Positions 39,003 to 49,481 of a stretch of 64,000 bases of DNA are shown here, in pieces. This DNA comes from Patescibacteria group bacterium (GTDB lineage: Bacteria; Patescibacteriota; Patescibacteriia; PEXW01). The translations under genes and the position numbers were made by a program. The number at the start of each line of letters is the position of its first letter. Within the stretch, counting starts at the first letter, position 1. The DNA lies in the NCBI GenBank assembly GCA_038065235.1, contig JBBTRK010000005.1, positions 22,389 through 86,388 of the forward strand. Reading direction: 5' to 3'. The notes under the pieces were generated by a model. That model searched no databases, was not told the DNA's origin, and worked only from the letters and a program-made list of their open reading frames with translations.

Positions 39003-40145
39003 ATGCGCATCGGCATCGACTGCAGAACCATCCTGAACCCACACTCCGGCGAACGCGCTGGCGTGGGGCATTACGTGGAAGGCCTCGTCTCTGCGCTCAT
39101 TGAGCGGTTCCCGAAAGAGGAATTCGTCTTGTACTTCGACTACCGCATTGGTGACCTTGCAGGTTTTACACGGCCGAATGTGAAGGTGAAGCACTTCCCC
39201 TTCTCCCAGTACGGCAAGTACCTCTCGTTCGGGTACTCGCACATGCTCATTACCGCGTACCTACTCAAGGAAGGTTTGGACGTACTGCACGTGCCTGCCG
39301 GATCCATCCCGCTGACGTACCCCAAGAAGGTGGTATACACCGTGCACGACTTGGCAATTTTCAAACACCCCGAGTGGTTCCCGTCGTCGTTCATCTCGCG
39401 GTCCGTGCTGGTGCCGCAGACCTTGCGGAAGGCAGATAACCTCATCGCGGTGTCGCAGAGCACAGCCAAAGACCTGCGGCAGCTCTTCAATATCAAGAGC
39501 TCGAAAATTTCCGTCATTCATCATGGTTTCGACGTAGCGAAGATCCCGCTGAAGCGCCGGGTGAGCGAGACGATTGAGAAGTACAAGTTACCGAAGCGCT
39601 ATGTGCTCTTCGTTGGGACAATTGAGCCACGGAAGAACGTAGAAGGCTTGATGCGCGCGTTCGTCGGCCTGCAAGAGAAAAATCCTGCCCTTGCCGATGT
39701 TGCCCTGGTCATCGCCGGGCAGGAAGGCTACCACTCGGAACAGGTGATGCAGACAATGACCGCATTGAAAGTGAAGCGGAGTATTCGGTACATTGGCTAC
39801 GTCACGCACAACGAGAAGGTAGAGTTACTTCGCCACGCTACGGCATTCGTCTTCCCGTCGTTCTACGAAGGTTTTGGTCTGCCTATTCTCGAAGCCATGG
39901 CTTTGAGCGTGCCGGTCATCACGAGTAAAACCACGTCTATGCCCGAGATCGCGGAGCGTGCCGCGCTTTTCGTCGACCCCACGAGCGTCACGGACATGAC
40001 CCGTGGCTTGCGTGAGGTACTCACCAAGCCCGACGTCGCCAAGCGCTTGCACGAAGCTGGGCCCAAGCAGGCGGCGAAGTTCTCATGGGAGCGCTGCGCG
40101 GACCAGACCATGGCGGTGTACAAGAAGGTTGTGGGGAAGAAGTAG
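39003..40145 (+). CDS. Glycosyltransferase family 4 (GT-B)
   Basis: MRIGID, TVHDL, FVGTIEPRKN, FVFPSFYEGFGLPILEAMA. Confidence 0.95.
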   Translation: MRIGIDCRTILNPHSGERAGVGHYVEGLVSALIERFPKEEFVLYFDYRIGDLAGFTRPNVKVKHFPFSQYGKYLSFGYSHMLITAYLLKEGLDVLHVPAGSIPLTYPKKVVYTVHDLAIFKHPEWFPSSFISRSVLVPQTLRKADNLIAVSQSTAKDLRQLFNIKSSKISVIHHGFDVAKIPLKRRVSETIEKYKLPKRYVLFVGTIEPRKNVEGLMRAFVGLQEKNPALADVALVIAGQEGYHSEQVMQTMTALKVKRSIRYIGYVTHNEKVELLRHATAFVFPSFYEGFGLPILEAMALSVPVITSKTTSMPEIAERAALFVDPTSVTDMTRGLREVLTKPDVAKRLHEAGPKQAAKFSWERCADQTMAVYKKVVGKK

Positions 40146-40239
40146 GGGATTGACCCAGCACCACTTTTAGAGTCATAAAAAGTGGTGCTGGGTTGACGTC
40201 AAACGTACCGCGTTGTACGCTTATTTGTAATTGGAAATT

Positions 40240-40422
40240 ATGAACAACCAACTCCACAACTGGCACCAGCAAAAAACCGCAACCATTACGGTCGGTTTTT
40301 CCATGCCGCGTTACGATGCGGTCGCGAATGCTTTGCCTGCGCTGAGTTGGGATAGTCTGATGTAAGAAGGTTCACCCTTTCCATCAATCATGTATCTCGG
40401 CTGAGCAGAGGCCGAGATTTTT
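40240..40422 (+). promoter_or_regulatory. Putative leader-peptide transcription attenuator upstream of the MFS gene
   Basis: 41-aa uORF 40240-40365; terminator ATCTCGGC...GCCGAGAT-TTTT 40394-40422; the uORF end (AGTTGGGAT) can pair with the terminator 5' arm. Confidence 0.6.
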
Positions 40423-40447
40423 CGATTGAACTTTGAAAGGAGAATAT

Positions 40448-41638
40448 ATGGAACAGAAATTGATTTTGCGGAACCTGAAGCTCTACGCGTGGTTCCAAGC
40501 TTTACGCGAGCCGTTGTTCTGGGGGCCGGTGCTCATCACCTACATCCAGCAGATTGGCCGCATGAGCTTATCGCAGATTTACGTGATGGAGTCCATCGTG
40601 GTCGTGGCGGTCATGCTGCTGCAGATTCCGGGCGGCGCCATCGCGGACCGCATCGGGCGCAAGCGGACCATGGTCATTGGCATGAGCATCCTGGTGCTGG
40701 ACAGCGTGCTGTTCGGAATCGGGGATAGCCCAGCGTGGATGTGGGCGGCGAACCTAGCGTGGGCATTCGGGTACTCCCTGGTGAGTGGCGCCGACAGCGC
40801 CTTGCTCTACGACACGCTCGTCGCTGCCGGCCGCACTGACGACTTTAAACGTATCGAGGGGCGGACCATCGCGTACCGGCTGCTACTCATGGCGCTCACG
40901 TCGCTGAGCGTCGGCTACCTGGCGGGCGTGCACATGCGCCTACCAGTGCTGCTCGGCATTCCGGGCATCCTCGCCGCCGTTGCCGTGGTGGCGAACATGG
41001 TGGAGCCGCCGCGCACGAAGTCCACAGCCAAGCACTGGGACCTGATGAAGCTGTCCGTCCTGTTCGTAGCGAATAACCGTAAGGTGAAGTGGATCATTGC
41101 CTACGCCGTGCTGCTCACGGTCATCGGTAAGGTGTGGTTCTTCACTTACAACCCGTACTTCGAGCTAGTGCACTTGCCACTCGCAATGTACGGCTGGGTG
41201 TTCTTCGGGCTCAACCTGGTGGCGGCAATCTTCAGCTGGGGAGCGGCGTGGCTGGCCAAGCACGTGCCAGCGAGCACGAGCATCGCGAGCATGGTGGTAC
41301 TCACGGGCGTGCCGATTGTGCTCATGGCCCTCATCATTGCCGCACCCATGGTCGTTCTGGTACTCATGCAGAATGTCGTGCGTGGCTACCTGAAGCCGTT
41401 CATGGGACATTTCCTGCACGACCACCTGGATTCGGATAACCGCGCCACGGTCGCCTCCGTGCAGTCTGCCGTGGATGGCTTTGGGCAAGTTGTGCTCCTG
41501 GGGATTTTCGGCCTCGTCCTCCAGGTTGTCAGCTTACCTGCAAGCCTCTTGCTACTCGGCGTGTTCACGCTGGTGGCAGGTGGCGCGCTGCTTGTGGCGT
41601 ACCCCAGAGTATTCGGCAGGAGTACGTCAGTTCGCTAG
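40448..41638 (+). CDS. MFS transporter
   Basis: RBS GAAAGGAG; QIPGGAIADRIGRKR, SGADSALLYD, RATVAS; about 12 TMs. Confidence 0.93.
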   Translation: MEQKLILRNLKLYAWFQALREPLFWGPVLITYIQQIGRMSLSQIYVMESIVVVAVMLLQIPGGAIADRIGRKRTMVIGMSILVLDSVLFGIGDSPAWMWAANLAWAFGYSLVSGADSALLYDTLVAAGRTDDFKRIEGRTIAYRLLLMALTSLSVGYLAGVHMRLPVLLGIPGILAAVAVVANMVEPPRTKSTAKHWDLMKLSVLFVANNRKVKWIIAYAVLLTVIGKVWFFTYNPYFELVHLPLAMYGWVFFGLNLVAAIFSWGAAWLAKHVPASTSIASMVVLTGVPIVLMALIIAAPMVVLVLMQNVVRGYLKPFMGHFLHDHLDSDNRATVASVQSAVDGFGQVVLLGIFGLVLQVVSLPASLLLLGVFTLVAGGALLVAYPRVFGRSTSVR

Positions 41639-41802
41639 TACACCGAATGCTCTTTGCAACAACCCCGCGCCATATTGGTTCGGGGTTGTTTGTTCTGTAT
41701 GCTGGCGGGTTTGACGTATGCTGAAATACGCGCTACAATGCACTTCGACGAATGACAAACGTCCTCTCCTCGAGGGGAGTTTGTGCCATTGCTTTTCCTC
41801 CT

Positions 41803-43599
41803 ATGTCCCAACACACTTCCGCCACACTCCGCATCTACTGGCAGCACGTGAAACAGTACCCCTGGCTCACGGCGTCCGCGCTGGCCGCAATGCTACTCGC
41901 TTCAATCGAGGGCGTTGTCCTGCCACTCGTCTTCAAACGTTTTTTCGACACGCTCGCCCAGGCAGGATTGGATCGCGCGAGCACGGCAGCGTTGCTGCTC
42001 CACACGTTGCTCTTCATTGGCGCACTAGAATTTTTTGGCTGGGCTATGTTCCGCGTCGCAACCTTCACCAGCATTCAGGTGCAGGGCAAGGTAATGTACT
42101 CCTTAAGCACCATGTGCTTTAGCACATTGCACCGTCACGCCGTGAGTTTCTTCGCCAACAACTTCGTCGGCTCCTTGGTGAAGAAGGTGAAGTGGTTCTC
42201 CCGCGCCTTCGACAAAATTTCTGACGACATTTTCTGGCGCATCATCCCCATGGTCATCAGCTTGGTGGCTATCTGCGGTGTGCTCTTCGTGCGCAACGCC
42301 ACGCTCGGTTTGGTCGTTTCGCTTTGGCTCGTTGTCTTCCTAAGCGCGCAGGTATTCTTCATTCGGTACAAGCTGAAGTACGATCTTGCGCGTTCCGCAG
42401 CGGAAACCAAGTCCACGGCCGTGCTGGCAGACTCGATTACGAACTACAGCACTATTACACTCTTCGGCGGCTTCCTGCGGGAAGTGCAGCGCTTCGGTCG
42501 CGCCATGGCCGAGCAGCGCCGTCTCTTCCTGAAGAGCTGGAATATCAGCGGCATTTTTGACGCGATCCAGGGCTTCCTCATGGTATGCCTGGAGGTTGGT
42601 GGTTTTGTACTCGTCATTCACTTGTGGAAGCAAGGCAGACTCACGCTCGGTGATTTCGTGCTTTTTCAGTCGTACGTGCTGGTGCTCATCAATCGGCTGT
42701 GGGACTTTGGCCGCGTATCGCGGGATATCTATGAGAGTCTGGCCGACGCCGACGAGATGACCGTAATCCTCCAAACCCCGCGGGAAGTGAAAGATGTGCG
42801 TTCGGCACAACCTCTCACTGTACCGCATGGAATGGTGCATTTCGACAAGGTGGACTTCAACTACCACCAAACGCGGCGCGTGCTGCACCACTTCAGCCTG
42901 GACATTACACCGCGGGAGCATGTGGCACTGGTCGGCCCATCTGGCGCGGGGAAGTCCACTGTGGTCAAAGTGCTGCTTCGTTTGCACGACCTCTCGGGCG
43001 GACACATCAAGATTGACGGCCAGGACATTTCGAAAGTCACGCAGGAGAGTTTGCGCCACAGCATCAGCGTGGTGCCGCAGGACGTCGTGCTCTTCCACCG
43101 CACGCTCATGGAGAACATTCGCTACGGCAAGCCGGACGCCACGGACGAGGAAGTGATCGAAGCATCCAAGGCCGCGCACTGCCACGAATTCATCCAGACG
43201 TTCACCGACAAGTACGACACCTACGTCGGCGAACGAGGCGTGAAGCTCTCGGGTGGGGAGCGCCAGCGCGTGGCAATTGCGCGCGCCATGCTTGCGAATG
43301 CGCCTATTCTCGTGCTGGATGAAGCAACCTCTAGTTTGGACTCCGAATCCGAGCAGCTCGTCCAGGCTGCACTCGCCAAGCTCATGGCCGGCAAGACCGT
43401 GCTGGCAATTGCCCACCGGCTCTCCACCATCCGCGCCATGAATCGCATCGTCGTTCTCGACGGCGGCCGTATCATCGAGCAGGGGACGCATGACGCGCTG
43501 CTCGCGAACCCAGCCAACACCTACAGCAAGCTCTGGAACCTGCAGGTGGCAGGCACCGGCGTGCTGCCGAAGGTTACGGTCGAAGCAGAGGAGGAGTAA
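41803..43599 (+). CDS. ABC transporter, fused permease/ATP-binding (MsbA/Atm1-like)
   Basis: 6 TMs; GPSGAGKS, LSGGERQR, LDEATS, IAHRLST. Confidence 0.95.
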   Translation: MSQHTSATLRIYWQHVKQYPWLTASALAAMLLASIEGVVLPLVFKRFFDTLAQAGLDRASTAALLLHTLLFIGALEFFGWAMFRVATFTSIQVQGKVMYSLSTMCFSTLHRHAVSFFANNFVGSLVKKVKWFSRAFDKISDDIFWRIIPMVISLVAICGVLFVRNATLGLVVSLWLVVFLSAQVFFIRYKLKYDLARSAAETKSTAVLADSITNYSTITLFGGFLREVQRFGRAMAEQRRLFLKSWNISGIFDAIQGFLMVCLEVGGFVLVIHLWKQGRLTLGDFVLFQSYVLVLINRLWDFGRVSRDIYESLADADEMTVILQTPREVKDVRSAQPLTVPHGMVHFDKVDFNYHQTRRVLHHFSLDITPREHVALVGPSGAGKSTVVKVLLRLHDLSGGHIKIDGQDISKVTQESLRHSISVVPQDVVLFHRTLMENIRYGKPDATDEEVIEASKAAHCHEFIQTFTDKYDTYVGERGVKLSGGERQRVAIARAMLANAPILVLDEATSSLDSESEQLVQAALAKLMAGKTVLAIAHRLSTIRAMNRIVVLDGGRIIEQGTHDALLANPANTYSKLWNLQVAGTGVLPKVTVEAEEE

Positions 43600-43630
43600 A
43601 GGCGGCATTGCTACATATATCGTCAATCAT

Positions 43631-44038
43631 ATGAATTCCAAAAATATCATAAAATACATTTGCATAGTGATATTACTTTTCTTTGCGGTCATTGATATAG
43701 TCGCACTGTTTACCAGTATTACCTCTGGGTACCTTACTTGGTCATTCTCAAGCGAAACAAAATCTTTTGTTTTCACGTTGATAAGTTTGAGTTTGTATAT
43801 TCCAGTACTCTTTGGTATTTGGAATCTTAAGAAATGGGCAATCCTGCCGTTGGCTGGGCTAACTATATTTGGCCTCATTCTTGCCATAGCATATCCGCCG
43901 GCGTATCTCAGCGGAAATATTATTAATAAGTTGTCTAATCTACCACCAGATTTATTCATTGGTATAGTAGTCTTGGCAGTCTACTATTTTGTGCTACGGC
44001 AAAAAGTTGTTTCTAACCAACTCACTTCAAAATTATGA
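43631..44038 (+). CDS. AT-rich hypothetical 4-TM membrane protein
   Basis: ATG 43631; hydrophobic; base composition differs from the flanks. Confidence 0.7.
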   Translation: MNSKNIIKYICIVILLFFAVIDIVALFTSITSGYLTWSFSSETKSFVFTLISLSLYIPVLFGIWNLKKWAILPLAGLTIFGLILAIAYPPAYLSGNIINKLSNLPPDLFIGIVVLAVYYFVLRQKVVSNQLTSKL

Positions 44039-44153
44039 CCACCCTCGTCCTTCGATGAAAGATGGCGCAGCAATCGTCTGGCCAGCCATGCTGGTGTACC
44101 ATGCCTTGCAATTCCTCTATACTCACTAAGCTTCACATTCACCCCGATCTCCT

Positions 44154-44780
44154 ATGGCAACGAATATCGTCGACTCTGGGAAAGCATTCCGTTACGGCTG
44201 GGAGTCCTTGAAGAAGGACTTCTGGTACTTCATTGGTATTTCGGTGCTCTACCTGGTTATTACCAATTTACCAAGTAGTGGGAAGGGGAATAGCTTGGGC
44301 ATTCTTGGTATCTTCATCAGTGCCTGGCTCGCAGGTGGCTTGTATCGCATCTTGCTAGATTACAAGGACGGCAAGAAGCCGGAGATCACCGTACTCTTCA
44401 CCCAGTTCAAGCAGTTCTGGCGCATCCTTTTGGGTATGCTTTTGCTGTTGCTCATCGTCGCCGGCGGGTTTATCCTGTTCATTGTGCCGGGCATTATTTT
44501 GGCCATCAAGTACCAGTTCACTATTTTACTCATCATCGATAAGGACATGCAGGTCATGGATGCCTTGCGTGCCAGCGGGGAGATGACCAAGGGCATCAAG
44601 AGTCAGCTCTTCATGTTCGGCCTGACGGCAATTGGCGTCATGATTCTTGGGTTCATTGCTTTGGGTGTGGGCGTTATAGTTGCCATGCCTGTGGTGTGGC
44701 TTGCGCAAGTGTGGGTATACCGCAGCTTGGCAGCACCAGCGGTCCCAACGCCAGATGTTCCAACACCAATAAAGGTCTAG
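44154..44780 (+). CDS. DUF975-like integral membrane protein
   Basis: G.IL.IVPGI...I.Y.F......D......DAL..S...TKG. Confidence 0.8.
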   Translation: MATNIVDSGKAFRYGWESLKKDFWYFIGISVLYLVITNLPSSGKGNSLGILGIFISAWLAGGLYRILLDYKDGKKPEITVLFTQFKQFWRILLGMLLLLLIVAGGFILFIVPGIILAIKYQFTILLIIDKDMQVMDALRASGEMTKGIKSQLFMFGLTAIGVMILGFIALGVGVIVAMPVVWLAQVWVYRSLAAPAVPTPDVPTPIKV

Positions 44781-44938
44781 ATACTTCGTCTTTCCGCAAA
44801 ACCCGCCAGCCAGCGGGTTTTGTATTTCATCGGGGCAAGCTGGTATTCCTATTGTGTTTTTGCAGAAATTCAGTAGCATTATTGTCAGAAAAAGAAAACT
44901 AACTATCTTGAAAACCAAAAGGAAGGAGGGTAACCACC

Positions 44939-45316
44939 TTGAAAATACTTGGTAAACACCTGCTGGCAGAGCTCACCGGCTGCAATGTGGCGGTGCTGGA
45001 TGACCTGGAAAAACTCCAGAACATCTTCAAAACCGCTGCCGAAAAGGCTGGCGCGACTGTGGTGAACGCCACTGCGCACCGTTTCTCCCCGCACGGCGTG
45101 TCCGTGGTCGTGGTGATTTCCGAATCCCACGTCTCGGTGCACACCTGGCCAGAGTACGCCTTCGCGTCAGTAGACTTCTACACCTGCGGTGAGAAGGTTG
45201 ACCCCCACAAAGGGCTCGACTACATCCGGCAGGAGTTGGGTGCTACCGACGCGCACGTGCAAGAGATTGCACGGGGTATTCCTTCTTCTATTGAGGAGAA
45301 GCTTGCCCACAAGTAG
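44939..45316 (+). CDS. speD: S-adenosylmethionine decarboxylase proenzyme (class 1B, SpeD/SpeH type)
   Basis: RBS AAGGAGG + TTG; G.HLLAEL, F.PHGVS....ISESH.S.HTWPE..A.VD.YTCG. Confidence 0.92.
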   Translation: MKILGKHLLAELTGCNVAVLDDLEKLQNIFKTAAEKAGATVVNATAHRFSPHGVSVVVVISESHVSVHTWPEYAFASVDFYTCGEKVDPHKGLDYIRQELGATDAHVQEIARGIPSSIEEKLAHK

Positions 45317-45509
45317 CTAGTGGTTCATTCAAAGGCTTGAACAATTTGTTCAGGCCTTTATTTTTACCCCCTTTCTAACCCCCACTCACACGAATGCGGG
45401 AATAAAAAGAGTGGGCATCCGTTTGGATACCCACGTTTGCCGAATGGCGCGGCTTCTTATCCGCATGCTCACTATGATGTGAGGCTATGCATTACACCGC
45501 GGTTCGGGT

Positions 45510-45764
45510 TTAGGAGCGCTTGGTGCGCTTGCGTTCATCTTTGGCCTTCAGGAAGGCCGGGAGATTCGCACACGCTTTTTCAAGCATTGCATGTACGTGC
45601 TGATCGTACTCATCGCTCGAATGCCCATTTTGGCCGAGAATGAACTTTTGATACTCACTGGTTCTCCGACCGATTTCGTTCAATCCATCCTCTACCATGA
45701 AGCTCATGATAGTGCTGACAACGAACAGTTCGGCCGCGGCTTCTCTTGTTATTGGCTTAGCCAC
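45510..45764 (-). CDS. Small hypothetical protein
   Basis: RBS AAAGGAGGTGA before GTG; minus-strand TTGACA promoter at about 45830. Confidence 0.7.
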   Translation of the reverse strand: MAKPITREAAAELFVVSTIMSFMVEDGLNEIGRRTSEYQKFILGQNGHSSDEYDQHVHAMLEKACANLPAFLKAKDERKRTKRS

Positions 45765-46010
45765 ACAATCACCTCCTTTCAGGCTGTTTTAGGTGACAGG
45801 AAAATCTATACCAAAATGTAGCATTTGTCAATGCCAACCCCGCTTGCCGACCGAAGCTCTAATGAGCGAAGGCTGGGGGCAGAGGGGTGGGGGAATTGTT
45901 AGTAAAGCAGTTGCGGCTAAGCGTAAACATTCTTGACGTTATGTGTGGAACCTGGTAATTTTTTCAACCACGTTCTTTCCCATAACCAATCAGTGAAACG
46001 GAGGTACCCG

Positions 46011-46658
46011 TTGAGCAATCGAATTCTTGGCATGTGGTTACGTTACCTGTGTATAATACCTGGCCTACCGCCACGTGGTGATCTATCGACCGCGGATGTG
46101 GTACTGGTGCAGGCTTTCGGTCGCAACCAGTACCCCGACAGCGAGCTCGATCACATTACTGATCTGCATGTTGCGTACGGTAAGCAGGATGCCGTAACGA
46201 TAGCAAAGTTACGCGAACAAGGCTTTGATCCTGGTCAACCAAACCGAGACCTCGCTCTGGCTTGCCAGCAGCTAGTGGACACGTATGGTATTGCAGCAAT
46301 TGTCCAGTGGGAGGTTACCGTCGCCTTTGATCCCGCGTGGTACGCCGCGCACCGCAACCGCATTGTCAGTCTGTGGCCGACGGCGGAGTACTTTTCTACT
46401 AGGCTGGTGCAAGAGCACAGCCTGCGGGTGATGCAAGAGCACGGGTGGACAAAGCCCATTGAGCTGGCGCATAGCTGGCAAATCGTTCGCGCCTTCCTCA
46501 TTGTGAGGAAATTATTTGGCCATGAACCTATGGTCAGCTCCGAAACCATACGATGCTTTGATTCGAAATCCGTCCAATGGTGGACGAGGTCCAAGGTTAA
46601 ATGGTTAGCATACGAGTGCTTGGCGCGTGTCCATCATGTGTTGTATCGCTGGGTGTAA
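46011..46658 (+). CDS. Hypothetical protein, possibly DUF218/YdcF-like
   Basis: RBS GGAGG + TTG 46011; DVVLVQAFG, PN..LA, IVQWE, ST, LAH..Q..RA. Confidence 0.65.
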   Translation: MSNRILGMWLRYLCIIPGLPPRGDLSTADVVLVQAFGRNQYPDSELDHITDLHVAYGKQDAVTIAKLREQGFDPGQPNRDLALACQQLVDTYGIAAIVQWEVTVAFDPAWYAAHRNRIVSLWPTAEYFSTRLVQEHSLRVMQEHGWTKPIELAHSWQIVRAFLIVRKLFGHEPMVSSETIRCFDSKSVQWWTRSKVKWLAYECLARVHHVLYRWV

Positions 46659-46861
46659 CGGAAGGTCTTTGAAACCGGCCCCAATTTTGGAGCCGGTTTT
46701 TCTTTTCCCCCAACCCCCCCCCTATCGGCCGAAGTCCCGCGCATGCGGGACGAAGGCTGAAACCCCCCCCCGCCCCCGGGGTAGAGAATATTTTGGCATT
46801 GTATTCTTTGATTGGTACACTACTGTGCATCAACGCACTTCACACTTATGAGCGCATTATT

Positions 46862-48016
46862 ATGAATCCTATTCGTCGGTTTGGCGCTTTACTAGCGATC
46901 GTGGCTGCAGTAGCAGTCATGCTTTTCCCTTTGGCTAGCGTTCGAGCGCAAGCCAACGAAGAGTCGTTCAAAGCGAAAGTGGTGGAAGTCCTTGAGAACA
47001 AAACCACTCCAGAAGAAGAAGGTGCGGCCCTACCCCAGCAGAAGTTGCAGCTGCAAGGCCTTTCTGGTACCTGGAAAGGGAAGAGCATCATCTTCGACGG
47101 TACGAAGTATGAGGTCATGTCGGCGAGTAGGTACGAAGTCGGTGATGTCGTCATGGTTAATGTATCTGCAGACGCAGATGGGAATAAAGAATTCTTCGTC
47201 GTCGACTACGTCCGGCAGAACTCGCTCTACTGGCTCGCAGCACTTTTCGCATTAGTGGTTGTCGTTGTGGGCAGGCTCAAAGGCCTGCGCGCACTTGCCG
47301 TGCTGCTGCTGACTTTCGTGGTCATCCAGAAGTTCATCGTGCCAAGAATCCTCGCCGGTGATAACCCGCTCGTCATTAGCATTCTTGGTGCGTTGGTTAT
47401 CCTCGGCATTGCAATCTACATTACGGAAGGCTTCAAGCGTTCCTCTACTATTGCCATTGGCTCGGTCCTGCTCTCGCTCATTATCACCGGCCTGCTGTCT
47501 ATTGCGTTTACCGCCGCAGCGAAGCTCACGGGATTTGCAAGTGAAGAAGCCATTTACCTCAAAGGGCTCTCTGGGGTGGACATTAACGTGCATGGCTTAC
47601 TACTCGCCGGCATCATCATCGGTACCCTGGGGGTTTTGGATGATGTCATTATTTCTCAAGTGATGGTGGTAGAAGAATTGAAGCACGCAAACCGTAGCCT
47701 GACGAATCGCACCGTCTTCGCAAAAGCAATGCGGGTGGGCATTGGGCACATGAGCGCCTTGGTGAACACGCTCTTCCTCGCCTACGCCGGGGCATCGCTG
47801 CCACTCCTCTTGCTCTTCAGTGTTCGCGAGGAGCCGTTCCTGACGTTTAATCAGGTCATCAACAACGACATGATCGCTACAGAAATTGTCCGTACGCTCA
47901 CGGGCAGCATTGGCATTGTCCTCGCCGTACCGATTGCCACAGCACTAGCAGTAAAATTTATAAAAGCAAGTAAAGGTGGGGATACCGAGGTTGCCGACAG
48001 CACCCACCGGCACTAA
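46862..48016 (+). CDS. YibE/F family membrane protein
   Basis: D..R...L..L, G..KGLRAL, GIIIGTLGVLDD, S.LVNTLFLAYAG, EIVRTL.GSIG. Confidence 0.92.
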   Translation: MNPIRRFGALLAIVAAVAVMLFPLASVRAQANEESFKAKVVEVLENKTTPEEEGAALPQQKLQLQGLSGTWKGKSIIFDGTKYEVMSASRYEVGDVVMVNVSADADGNKEFFVVDYVRQNSLYWLAALFALVVVVVGRLKGLRALAVLLLTFVVIQKFIVPRILAGDNPLVISILGALVILGIAIYITEGFKRSSTIAIGSVLLSLIITGLLSIAFTAAAKLTGFASEEAIYLKGLSGVDINVHGLLLAGIIIGTLGVLDDVIISQVMVVEELKHANRSLTNRTVFAKAMRVGIGHMSALVNTLFLAYAGASLPLLLLFSVREEPFLTFNQVINNDMIATEIVRTLTGSIGIVLAVPIATALAVKFIKASKGGDTEVADSTHRH

Positions 48017-48164
48017 CTGAAACCTTTTTGGTTCGGGTTCCCCCCAACCCCCTTGCCGACCGTAGCTTACTTGCCGTCCGAAGCTTTAGCGTAGGAAGGG
48101 GCGCAGGCTGGGGGCAGAGGGGTGGGTTTTGGCGTTCACTTCTTCAGCCTGGTAGACTAGGGGC

Positions 48165-48653
48165 ATGACCCTATTGCCCGCGGAGACGATTAGGGTCAGA
48201 ATGTTATTTTTTTGGGTTATGTAAAAACCGCTCGGGGATTGAGCGGTTTTGAGTAATACGGTATTTGGGTTACTTTCACATTAGCCGGCGAAAGCTTGGA
48301 TGGCCGCAGCGCAGGCTGCAATAATGAGCATAATGGTTACGGAAATTGCAGAGCAAACAAAAAGGATCAGGGTTACGTGCAAGAGTTTTGCCCGATAGTA
48401 CTTCCCAGCGCTTTCGGCAGTAAAAAGTAAGGCCCAGCTTATCACGACTCCAGCGCAGCTAATGGGGATTAAGAACAGCCACGCCCACCAATAAGCAGAT
48501 ATAAAATTTATCAATGTTGCCTCCGTTGGTTTTCTCAAACCTACACCCCCAGCTTGAGTAGTCAATAGCTTGCACGTACAATACAGGTATGAACCTCATG
48601 TCATCTTTGAATAGTGAACAAAAACAGGCGGTTACGCATGCGTCCGGCCCGCT
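48165..48653 (+). repeat. 489-bp direct repeat, copy 1 (copy 2 at 53607-54095)
   Basis: Identical sequence at offset 5442, including the same 94-aa track ORF and the helicase start. Confidence 0.93.
48281..48514 (-). CDS. Small two-TM membrane protein (copy 1)
   Basis: RBS GGAGG + TTG 48514; identical to 53723-53956. Confidence 0.65.
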   Translation of the reverse strand: MINFISAYWWAWLFLIPISCAGVVISWALLFTAESAGKYYRAKLLHVTLILFVCSAISVTIMLIIAACAAAIQAFAG

Positions 48654-48672
48654 GTTAATCGTTGCTGGTGGA
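48589..48672 (+). pseudogene. Truncated 5' stub of the PcrA/UvrD helicase gene
   Basis: MNLMSSLNSEQKQAVTHASGPLLIVAG, same as the protein starting at 54031; breaks off inside Walker A. Confidence 0.88.
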
Positions 48673-48755
48673 GAGATATTGTTAGGTAGGCCACGAAAGT
48701 CGACACACGAAAGTCGGCACTTGATATTCTGTATTACTTTGGGTAGAGTATCTCT

Positions 48756-49031
48756 ATGCTCTTACACGTAAATGTACCCCTCTCCATTTTCCGCGAAGGT
48801 AAGCGTTTTGTGGCCTTTACCCCAGCACTCGACCTCTCTACCTCTGGCAAGTCCCTTGCCGAGGCAAAGTCTCGTTTTTCCGAAGCCGTCCAGCTCTTCT
48901 TTGAAGAGTTAGAACGGATGGGGACAGTGGACGAAACACTTTCCGATCTCGGCTGGCACAAAGCCGAGCGGAAGTGGCAAGCGCCCCAGCCAATTTTTCA
49001 AGATACACAGCGGGTGCAAGTCGCGGTGTAA
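48756..49031 (+). CDS. hicB: HicB-like antitoxin (short form)
   Basis: FREGKRFVAFTPALDLSTSGKS..EA...F.EAV.LF.E partial RNase H fold; adjacent to hicA. Confidence 0.85.
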   Translation: MLLHVNVPLSIFREGKRFVAFTPALDLSTSGKSLAEAKSRFSEAVQLFFEELERMGTVDETLSDLGWHKAERKWQAPQPIFQDTQRVQVAV

Positions 49032-49035
49032 TTTT

Positions 49036-49266
49036 ATGCCGCGCGTCACGCCGGTACACTGGAAGCGCTTTGAGAAGTTTCTCCTCTACGTTGGTTGCAC
49101 GTTCGTTCGAGAGAAAGGTGACCACCGCATCTACACGCGGGATGGTTTATCGCGCCCGGTTGTTGTCCCCCGCGACACGCAGCTGCCGATATTCATTATA
49201 CGGAATAACTTACGCGTCCTTGGTATTTCGACGGACGACTACTTGCAAATTTTAGACCGCGTGTAG
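49036..49266 (+). CDS. hicA: HicA-like toxin
   Basis: F.KFL...G..F.R.KGDH.IY......PVVVP......I......LGI. Confidence 0.9.
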   Translation: MPRVTPVHWKRFEKFLLYVGCTFVREKGDHRIYTRDGLSRPVVVPRDTQLPIFIIRNNLRVLGISTDDYLQILDRV

Positions 49267-49481
49267 CAGGTTCCTCGTATGGCCCTATTGCCCATGCGCT
49301 AGGGGATTTGTTTATGCTTCCGAGCGCAGCATCTCCAAGCTGCGCTCTCTCCATTCCCCCAACCCCCGCCCGCCCCAGGGGGCAGAGGGATTGACAAAGC
49401 GTAGTATTTCTAGTACATTGTATTGTTCCTAGAAAAAGTACAAAGTACCCTGACAATATTCACACAGAAAGGTGGAATTTC

